64,000 nt of DNA, taken from Candidatus Delongbacteria bacterium. Lineage in GTDB: Bacteria > CAIWAD01. The stretch's first letter is position 1. Each line of letters starts with the position of its first letter. Where the stretch lies: contig OY760505.1 of the NCBI GenBank assembly GCA_963663545.1, forward strand, positions 1,376,001 through 1,440,000, written 5' to 3'. A program made the position numbers and the translations under genes. Below, in pieces: positions 57,164 to 64,000 of this stretch. Below the pieces are notes generated by a model. That model made no database searches. It was not told the origin of the DNA and saw only the letters and a program-made list of their open reading frames with translations.

Positions 57164-58564
57164 TTAACGGCCCAATTTGGCGGCCGTGGATCCACCGACG
57201 CCACAACTGCGAACACGGAACTCTACTCCGGCAGTTTTCGCCAATTCGTGACACGCCGCCACATTGATGCTACCATCGTCCACGATTGAATAGACGACGT
57301 GAATACCCGCATGAACGCAAGATGCAGCAAAATCCTGCAGGCCCTGCCAGGCACGCTCACCCCAGGGGGATTTCACAAGACGTGCGTACTCGACGGCATT
57401 ATCGGCGTTCAGCGAAATCGAGATTTCGTCCACCAGCCCTGCCAATTCAGCAGCCAGGCTTCTGCCGTGATACAACTCGGCATGTCCATTCGTATTCAAT
57501 CGCACTCGCACTCCGGCCTTCTTCAGTTCGGCAGCAGCGGCACGTAACACATCCCAGCGAAGTGTCGGCTCACCGTATCCGCAAAAGACGACTTCGCGCC
57601 ATTGCGACAGGGGACCAAACGCGCTCCAGGCTTGCTTCAGCTCCGGCAGTTGCGGCTCCTGGGAGCGCGCGAGGCCCAGATGCACATCGCCGATCACGGG
57701 GTTCGTACGATGAGCACAAAACACGCAATGCGCGGTACAGCGGTTGGTCAGGTTGAGATACAGGCTATCGCCCAACGGATAGGCATAAACCGGTTGACGC
57801 TTGCCCGGCAGACGGAACACGCGCTCGGCGTTGGCCGTAGTCTGCGCTGCGACATCTTCAAGACTGAGGCCCTTGACTTCGGCGATGACCTTGGCCACTT
57901 CCACCACATTGGCTGGTTCGTTGCGCTCGCCGCGAATGCGCTGCGGTGGCAGGAAGGGCGAATCGGTCTCCAGCAGAATGTGTGACAAGGGCAGCGCCTC
58001 CAGCACCTCGCGCTGATTGCGCTTCTTGTAGGTCACCGCACAAGGAAAGCTGAAGTGGAAACCCATCTGCATCAGGCGCGAAGCCGTATTTGCATCATAG
58101 GCGTAGCAGTGCATCACGCCGTGATTCGCACCCTCCTCCTCGAGCAGACGCAGAGTGTCTTCTTCAGCCGCGCGGGAATGGATCACAAGCGGCAGATCGC
58201 GCCTTCTCGCCAAACGAATCATCTCACGAAACACTCGCCGCTGCGCGTCCGCAGGGCCGTAGTCGCGGAAGTTGTCCAAACCCACTTCGCCAACGGCAAC
58301 GGCACGCGGGTGATCCAAGGCGTGCTCCACTAGCGACATGAGCTCCGCTGAAAACTCTCCCGCTTCGTGAGGGTGAATACCGGCTGTGAAAAACACATCC
58401 TCGTTGGTCGCAAAGAGCTCCATACCGCGCGTAATGGTCTCTGCGCTGTAACCAATTTGTATCACACGACGAACGCCCGCCTGGCGGGCACGCGCAAGCA
58501 CTTCGCTGCGATCCTCGTCGAATTCGCTGCCATCTAGGTGAGCGTGTGTATCAATGAATTCCAT
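57164..58564 (-). CDS. tatD: TatD-family DNase fused to a radical SAM domain
   Basis: DTHAH, GIHPH, GEVGLD, HSR and ETDSPF, then LYLNLTNRCTAHCVFC (CxxxCxxC) and FCGYGEP. Confidence 0.92.
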   Translation of the reverse strand: MEFIDTHAHLDGSEFDEDRSEVLARARQAGVRRVIQIGYSAETITRGMELFATNEDVFFTAGIHPHEAGEFSAELMSLVEHALDHPRAVAVGEVGLDNFRDYGPADAQRRVFREMIRLARRRDLPLVIHSRAAEEDTLRLLEEEGANHGVMHCYAYDANTASRLMQMGFHFSFPCAVTYKKRNQREVLEALPLSHILLETDSPFLPPQRIRGERNEPANVVEVAKVIAEVKGLSLEDVAAQTTANAERVFRLPGKRQPVYAYPLGDSLYLNLTNRCTAHCVFCAHRTNPVIGDVHLGLARSQEPQLPELKQAWSAFGPLSQWREVVFCGYGEPTLRWDVLRAAAAELKKAGVRVRLNTNGHAELYHGRSLAAELAGLVDEISISLNADNAVEYARLVKSPWGERAWQGLQDFAASCVHAGIHVVYSIVDDGSINVAACHELAKTAGVEFRVRSCGVGGSTAAKLGR

Positions 58565-58591
58565 GAAACCTCCGGGTCACCCCGGCGGGCA

Positions 58592-59281
58592 TCACGCCAC
58601 GTCGGGGGAACGTTCCTTGGCAGGATGCAACAAGCCCTGCTCTCTGAAACTGAACCAGCCGCCGCTACTGATGATCACGTGATCCATTACGTCAATGCCG
58701 ATGATCTTTGAGGCGCTCACCAATTGGCGTGTCAGCGACAGATCGTCCTGGCTTGGCTCGCAATGCCCCGAAGGGTGATTGTGTGCCAGGAGGATGCTGG
58801 CCGCCCGGTAGTGAATGGCGTAGTGAAAGACCTCGCGCGGATGCACCAGGCTGGAATTCAAGCTGCCAACGCTGATGACCTCTTCGTGAATCAGCTTGTG
58901 AATGGTAGAAAGGTACAGACAGCGAAACTGCTCGCGCTGCAAACGCGCCATTGGAGCCAGAAACACGGCCACTTCCCGCGGGTGACGCAAAATGGGGAAC
59001 TCGCTGCTGCCGTTGGCCCACAGCCTGCGTCCCAGCTCCATTGCTGCCAGCAACTGCCCAGCTTTGGCCGTGCCGAGACCACAGGCACTGGCAAGGCGGC
59101 GCACGTCGCGACAGCACGACAGGGCCAGCAAACCGTGTTCGCGCACCAGTCGGCGACTGATGTCAAAGACGCTTTCTTTGCGCGTACCAGCCGAAATGAG
59201 CACGGCCAGCAGCTCATCGTCGCCCAGGGCCTCTGCTCCAAGATGCAGCAGCTTCTCGCGAGGTCCAGCAAACTCCTTCAC
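58592..59281 (-). CDS. radC: RadC family JAB-domain protein
   Basis: PREKL...G..AL...ELLA, G.AKA, VHPREVF, AHNHPSG..PS.DD and DHVII; start estimated at the GTG after GGAGG. Confidence 0.93.
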   Translation of the reverse strand: MKEFAGPREKLLHLGAEALGDDELLAVLISAGTRKESVFDISRRLVREHGLLALSCCRDVRRLASACGLGTAKAGQLLAAMELGRRLWANGSSEFPILRHPREVAVFLAPMARLQREQFRCLYLSTIHKLIHEEVISVGSLNSSLVHPREVFHYAIHYRAASILLAHNHPSGHCEPSQDDLSLTRQLVSASKIIGIDVMDHVIISSGGWFSFREQGLLHPAKERSPDVA

Positions 59282-59443
59282 AACACCTCCGGTCCCGGGC
59301 AGTGGCAAGGTAGTATTGTCCTGTGCAGCGGGCGTTACGCTGCATTGTAAACTGCGTTGAGGCGGGAGCGGGTGGCGGGTCTGCGCCGGGTCAGGATTCA
59401 ATGCAGCTGCGACGCAATGGTTTCCCGGAAAAGGGCAGGAAGC

Positions 59444-59980
59444 CTAGTCGGACATGCCAATGTCAGGCAGTTTGGACAAAAGCGACTCCGGAAACGACGA
59501 TGCCGGGCTCAGTGAATGAAAGTGCTTCAGCAGTGCCCCTTGAATCTCCGGATACGTCCACGCCTCAGGCAGAAGGCCGAAAGCGTGCGCTTCCGCAATT
59601 TCCAGCTCAGGGTCAGGTCCAACCATCTCCGTGAAGCGGCTGTGACACAAAAGACCATAGCTATGTTCTGGCCCCAGTGTAACGGAGTAGACACCCAAAC
59701 AGTCGATCCGTGGATCACAGGCCCCACATTCTTCCGTCAGCTCGCGTAGCGCCGTGTCGCGAATCAGCTCGCCAGGCTCACGTCGTCCGCCAGGCAGCTC
59801 CCATGTATCACGGCTACGGTGCCGGACCATCACCACCCTCGCGTTCATCACAGCAATGTGAACGGCAAAGGTGATTTGCTCCTCTGGAATCTCCCGCAGG
59901 GTATGCCAGCCTAGCTGCGGTTGGCCGTATTGCTCACAGAGGCGTCGGTAGCGTTCGTTGCTCAGGGGAACGGGCTTCAT
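59444..59980 (-). CDS. NUDIX hydrolase
   Basis: WELPGGRREPGE....TALRELTEECG. Confidence 0.92.
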   Translation of the reverse strand: MKPVPLSNERYRRLCEQYGQPQLGWHTLREIPEEQITFAVHIAVMNARVVMVRHRSRDTWELPGGRREPGELIRDTALRELTEECGACDPRIDCLGVYSVTLGPEHSYGLLCHSRFTEMVGPDPELEIAEAHAFGLLPEAWTYPEIQGALLKHFHSLSPASSFPESLLSKLPDIGMSD

Positions 59981-60726
59981 TCCTTGACACGCTCCACCAG
60001 CATGTCCAGCCGCTCGACAAAGAGCACAGGTTTCCCGTCCAGCTCCAACACACGGGCGCCTTCCTTCTCGAGCTCCGGTCGCAGCCTGGTAAAGATGTCC
60101 AGCGACTCGGCCTCGCTCTTGCCCGCAAGGCTACCCCAGACAACCGGATCGAAACGATCAGGACGCTTCTGCAAACGCCGCACATCAAAGGACTCATCCA
60201 TAGCCAGGCCACGCCACCACGCTTCATCCTCAACCTGCTGCTGGGACGGATCGAGCTCGGCCAGCAGTAGCGTCAGCGCCTTGGGTCCGGCCCAGTCGCT
60301 AAGATAGAGCATGCCGCCGGGGCGTATCACGCGTGCCAGCTCGGCCATGACCGCCTGGCGATCTGGAAACCAGCGGAAGCCGAAACGACAGACGGCCCAG
60401 CGAAACAGTCCGTCGGCAAACTCCATACGGGCGGCGTCCTGCACGGTGGTCACAATGTTGTTGACGCGCTCCATGGCTGCACGGGCAGCGGTCAAACGCA
60501 GCATCCGGTCGCAGATATCCACCGCCATCAGACGACCGCGAACGCGCTGCGCCAAACGGATGGTCAACTGGCCTGTGCCACAAGCTAGATCCAAGCCACC
60601 GTGTGACAAGAGATCACCCAGTAAACGCTGAATGTGATCCACGTCGCCCGGCTGATCCAGGTACTCACAGAGGTTCCAGGATTGTGCATGCTTGTCGAAA
60701 TGCTCGACCAACTCCAACGGGTACAC
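59977..60726 (-). CDS. Class I SAM-dependent methyltransferase (UbiE-like)
   Basis: LDLACGTG, VDI...ML, DA..M.FADG.F and ELARVIRPGG; GTG 60726 follows AGGAG. Confidence 0.88.
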   Translation of the reverse strand: MYPLELVEHFDKHAQSWNLCEYLDQPGDVDHIQRLLGDLLSHGGLDLACGTGQLTIRLAQRVRGRLMAVDICDRMLRLTAARAAMERVNNIVTTVQDAARMEFADGLFRWAVCRFGFRWFPDRQAVMAELARVIRPGGMLYLSDWAGPKALTLLLAELDPSQQQVEDEAWWRGLAMDESFDVRRLQKRPDRFDPVVWGSLAGKSEAESLDIFTRLRPELEKEGARVLELDGKPVLFVERLDMLVERVKE

Positions 60727-60736
60727 CTTGATTCTC

Positions 60737-63049
60737 CTACTTGACCAGCAGAGCCGCGCTGCGCGGTGCCAACTCGACTTCGTACCAGATACCATCAACG
60801 GGCTCTTCATGCCACTGCAGCACGCGCTTGCGCTTCGGCTTCTTCAACGAACCGCGGGTGCCTTCTTCTCCAATGAGATACACCGATCCGCATTCCGCCA
60901 GCAGACGAAGACCACGCGGTATCACAAAACGGTGATTTGTATCACTACTGGTGTTCATCACTACGGCCACGTTGTCATCCGTTGTGCGCCAGCCAAGGCT
61001 ACCGCCCGTTGCGGGCTCGAGCAATTCTCGATCCGCCAGCGCTAACCAGCCGTTCTTGCTACGCCAGTGAATCAGATTGGAGTAGAACGCGGCCAACTGT
61101 CCGTTGCCCTTCATCAGGTCAAAGTCGAGGTAGTTGGTTGCGTTGTCTTTCTCGTAGGAATTGTGGTCGATGCGACCCGCGTTTTCGATATGCGGATTTC
61201 CAGCAGCGATGATCCTGCCTTGGGCAAATTCCTGGCCCGCGTGCAGCATGGGCAATCCTGCGCTAGTCAACAAGTGCATAGCACCCAGGCCGTGAATCTG
61301 CATCTCTGTAGTACTCAGTTCCATGTACTTCTTCGTATCACGGATCTCGCGCTCATCTGTTGTCAACTCAAGCTGCAAACGCACCCAATCGCTAAAGCAG
61401 TGATCGTCGTGACTCTCGATGTAGTTAACCGATTGTAGCGGGTTGTAGCTGATACCGCCATCTCGCAGCAGTGTGCCGCTGACATCGGCGAAAAGACGCT
61501 GCGGTGTGCTCTCACCGTGCATCACACCAAAGAGAAATCCCGGATCGTGCGGGTTACGTCCGCGCAGATCAACGCGGTAGACGTCGTTCCACCAGGACCA
61601 GCCAAGATCGGCAAACAGCTGCGGCTCGTACTCACCACCGCCCCAGGGCTCGGCAGTGTGGAACACGCCACGGGATTCCAGCAACTCGTGGATTTGCGCC
61701 AGCGTGAAATCGTCGATCATGGCTCCCAGGTCGAAGCGGAAGCCGTCGATGTGATACTCATCCATCCACCAGCGCAGGCTCTCCAGAATCATGCGTCGCG
61801 CCATCGGCCTGGCCGTATGAAAATCATTGCCGCATCCGGAGGCGCTAAGGTAATTGCCCGCATCATCCAGACGGAAGTAATACGCAGCATCAATCGACTT
61901 GAAAGGGTTGATATCGTACTGTGATACATGGTTGTACACTACGTCCATAATCACGGCGACACCACTTTCGTGACACGCATCCACTACATGCTTGAACTCG
62001 TCAACCTGGCGTCCATCCAAACCACACCACGCGCCCCGCTCCATCGTCTGGCCGCTTGTGTAGTAGGATTCCGGCGCAAAAAAGTAGCTGGTCATGTAGC
62101 CCCAGTGATTGCGCTCATAGGGATTCCAGTCGTTGAAGATCCAGGTGTCCGGGTTGCGATAATCGATCTCGATGTTGCCAAAATCCTGCAGTGGCAGAAA
62201 CTCCACCGCGTTGAGTCCAAGCTCCCGAATGTGTGACAGCCCGCCGCGCTGCGCTTCTACAAAACCTGCATAGCTGCCCGGTTGATTGGCTCGTGCAGAA
62301 ACATCGGCGCTCATGTCGCGCAGGTGACACTCATAGATCACCCAGGCCTCCCTCTCCGGCGCGACCCAACCAGCGTCCTCCCACTGATACTCACTGCAGT
62401 CCAGCAAGCCGCGCGCCCGATGGAGATAATCGTTGTGGCTTGCCACAACTTTGGCCCAGGGATCAGCAAAAAGCTCACGGTGCGTGTTCCAACCGTTCAC
62501 GCCATTTGGACCTTCAATGGACCAGGCCCAGGCACGCATATTGTCAGTGTTTGTATCACGAATCACCCACACGCCTGGATCACTGTCCCGCTCGGCATCG
62601 AATTGTGACACAGGATCGCCATCGGCCTGCTCAAACAGATATAGGCGCACCGATTGTGCACGCGGCGCAAACAAGCGAAAGGTCCACTCGCCGTCAACCA
62701 GGGTAGCACCAAGCGGCAGATCACTATCAAAGCCATCCAGCACACCTGCCGGTATCACAGCCAGGGATTCGCTCCCCAGACGCAGGCTGTGGTTGCGATC
62801 AATGCGCATCTCAGGGCAACGCAGCAGCATCTCATTTGGTGATTCCACGAGCATGGAAGCAATGGGAAAACTGCGTGGCGCTTCGTTAGGCGCCGGCAAT
62901 TCAACGATCTGGGCATGCAACCACTCCTCGTGACTCAAGTGCCCATCGTGAACCACACGCAGGGTGTGCGCCGACTGTTGTTCAACACGCATGGCAAAGA
63001 CCGGCACGGCGAGCGCCAGCGTGCAAAGAGTAATCAGACTCCGGGTCAT
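60737..63049 (-). CDS. Secreted GH13 pullulanase-type glycosidase
   Basis: Signal peptide MTRSLITLCTLALAVPVFA, PLGA, IYECHLRD, HWGY, MDVVYNH, DGFRFDL and NYIESHD. The extra 266 N-terminal aa in the ORF track are largely antisense to murA. Confidence 0.9.
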   Translation of the reverse strand: MTRSLITLCTLALAVPVFAMRVEQQSAHTLRVVHDGHLSHEEWLHAQIVELPAPNEAPRSFPIASMLVESPNEMLLRCPEMRIDRNHSLRLGSESLAVIPAGVLDGFDSDLPLGATLVDGEWTFRLFAPRAQSVRLYLFEQADGDPVSQFDAERDSDPGVWVIRDTNTDNMRAWAWSIEGPNGVNGWNTHRELFADPWAKVVASHNDYLHRARGLLDCSEYQWEDAGWVAPEREAWVIYECHLRDMSADVSARANQPGSYAGFVEAQRGGLSHIRELGLNAVEFLPLQDFGNIEIDYRNPDTWIFNDWNPYERNHWGYMTSYFFAPESYYTSGQTMERGAWCGLDGRQVDEFKHVVDACHESGVAVIMDVVYNHVSQYDINPFKSIDAAYYFRLDDAGNYLSASGCGNDFHTARPMARRMILESLRWWMDEYHIDGFRFDLGAMIDDFTLAQIHELLESRGVFHTAEPWGGGEYEPQLFADLGWSWWNDVYRVDLRGRNPHDPGFLFGVMHGESTPQRLFADVSGTLLRDGGISYNPLQSVNYIESHDDHCFSDWVRLQLELTTDEREIRDTKKYMELSTTEMQIHGLGAMHLLTSAGLPMLHAGQEFAQGRIIAAGNPHIENAGRIDHNSYEKDNATNYLDFDLMKGNGQLAAFYSNLIHWRSKNGWLALADRELLEPATGGSLGWRTTDDNVAVVMNTSSDTNHRFVIPRGLRLLAECGSVYLIGEEGTRGSLKKPKRKRVLQWHEEPVDGIWYEVELAPRSAALLVK

Positions 63050-63136
63050 ACGAGGCTCCAAGTGGTTCATGGCGATTCGGTTTCGGTATCTTGCCGCCAT
63101 CAAGATAGCGTTGACCACCGCAAATCGGGTACCGCC

Positions 63137-64000
63137 ATGCACCTGCGCATCGAAACCAGCCGCCGACTGAGCGGCGATTATCTTCCCCAGGGAAACAAGA
63201 ACGAGGCGCTGCCCGTGGTAGCCGCCTGCCTGATGTGTCCAGAGGCCTGCGAGCTGGACAACCTGCCGCAAATCCTGGATGTGGATGTCATGCTGGAGCT
63301 GGTACGCGGTCTCGGCGCGGAGGTCGAGGTGGACGCAGCCAATCACAAAGCGCGCATTCATGCACACGGCATGGTTTCTACTTCCCCCGATGCAGAAATG
63401 GCTACACGCATTCGTGGAAGCCTGCTGCTGGCGGCCCCCATGCTGGCCCGAAGCGGCAGCGCCGTGCTTCAGCGGCCAGGTGGTGATCGCATCGGCCGTC
63501 GTCGCATTGATCCGCACCTGGAGATTCTGGAGAAGATGGGTGCCCATGTTGAGATGGGTCCGCGCGCCATTCGCCTTGAGCTGGACAAGGGCTTTCAAGC
63601 CTGCGAGCTCTTTCTTGAAGAAGCCAGTGTAATGGCCACGGAAACAGCGCTGATGGCGGCGGCTGTAGCACACGGCACGACGGTCATCGACAACGCCGCC
63701 TGCGAACCCCACGTGCAGCAATTGGGACGACTGCTGGCCGCCATGGGGGCCGGTATCGACGGACTGGGGACAAATCGTATCACAATTTGTGGCACGGGTG
63801 GTGCAGAGCACTTGCACGGTGTCACACATCGCTTGCTCGAGGACCACATTGAAGTGGGCAGCATCATCGCGTTGGCGGCCGCCACAGGAAGCGCCATTCG
63901 CATTCCAGGTGTCACACCGAACAACTACCGCATGGTGCAGCGAGTATTCTCGCGCCTTGGAGTTCGCTTCATGTTTTCCGGTGATACAATGCTGATTCCT
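63137..64000 (+). CDS. murA: UDP-N-acetylglucosamine 1-carboxyvinyltransferase (runs off the window end)
   Basis: Manual translation: MHLRIETSRRLSG...QGNKNEALP...NLPQILDV...IRGSLLLAAPMLAR...PGGDRIGRRRIDPH...EEASVMATET...NAACEPHV...DHIEVGS. Absent from the ORF track. Confidence 0.95.
   Translation, partial: MHLRIETSRRLSGDYLPQGNKNEALPVVAACLMCPEACELDNLPQILDVDVMLELVRGLGAEVEVDAANHKARIHAHGMVSTSPDAEMATRIRGSLLLAAPMLARSGSAVLQRPGGDRIGRRRIDPHLEILEKMGAHVEMGPRAIRLELDKGFQACELFLEEASVMATETALMAAAVAHGTTVIDNAACEPHVQQLGRLLAAMGAGIDGLGTNRITICGTGGAEHLHGVTHRLLEDHIEVGSIIALAAATGSAIRIPGVTPNNYRMVQRVFSRLGVRFMFSGDTMLIP

Larger units (their letters stand above)
159..63987. repeat. Dispersed, highly iterated quasi-palindromic heptamer GTRWCAC/GTGWYAC (about 180 copies by hand count)
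   Basis: Read line by line. Approximate counts: GTATCAC/GTGATAC 108, GTGACAC/GTGTCAC 39, GTAACAC/GTGTTAC 33. Example starts: 159, 257, 764, 826, 1187, 1217, 1445, 1679, 1889 ... 63777, 63819, 63909, 63981. A rough random expectation for the six 7-mers together is about 20. Confidence 0.92.

Noticed and set aside
26790..60726. The three class I methyltransferases (26790, 39730, 59977) as the motif's DNA methylase
   Set aside because: They lack DNA-MTase catalytic motifs (PC for C5; DPPY/NPPY for N6/N4) and look like small-molecule methyltransferases.
63050..63847. N-terminal 266 aa of the 1036-aa ORF 60737..63847
   Set aside because: This is an antisense shadow of murA. The GH13 protein begins at its signal peptide near 63049.
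159..63987. Iterated motif as a Chi/KOPS-type polar signal, matS, or CRP/Rex operators
   Set aside because: The main variant is about equally frequent in both orientations. It lacks the matS 13-mer and the spaced-dyad layout of CRP/Rex sites, and it is mainly intragenic.
1..64000. CRISPR arrays, tRNA, rRNA, tmRNA, reverse transcriptase, intact transposase or prophage
   Set aside because: None was recognised on either strand by manual reading. A highly divergent RNA could have been missed.

Overview
A bacterial chromosomal segment of roughly 55-60% GC (visual estimate) with mostly minus-strand genes. An FCB-group-like origin is inferred from the homodimeric glyQS, the DUF4175/DUF4159/SurA cluster and a PNPFNP-type secretion tail. 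Housekeeping genes include rpsD, glyQS, recO, mgtE, rsmA, a TatD-radical SAM fusion, radC, murA, dusB, rex and an ftsEX-like pair. The window also has an RND efflux pair, a surface-polysaccharide locus (15.2-25.2 kb), two tandem chemoreceptors, a run of accessory genes (38.9-48.5 kb) and a ~3 kb AT-rich island (IS3 remnant, frameshifted membrane gene, orphan P-loop NTPase). The strongest signal is not a gene but a quasi-palindromic 7-mer, GTRWCAC/GTGWYAC (usually Y-GTATCAC-R or Y-GTGATAC-R). I counted about 180 copies by hand against about 20 expected. It sits mostly inside genes, shows no replication-strand polarity, coincides with rare codons and amino-acid differences between paralogs, and is missing from highly expressed genes and foreign-looking DNA. 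It also forms a 13-bp direct repeat bracketing one motif-free gene. This resembles a HIP1- or uptake-sequence-type system with a motif I do not recognise. No rRNA, tRNA or CRISPR array was seen.
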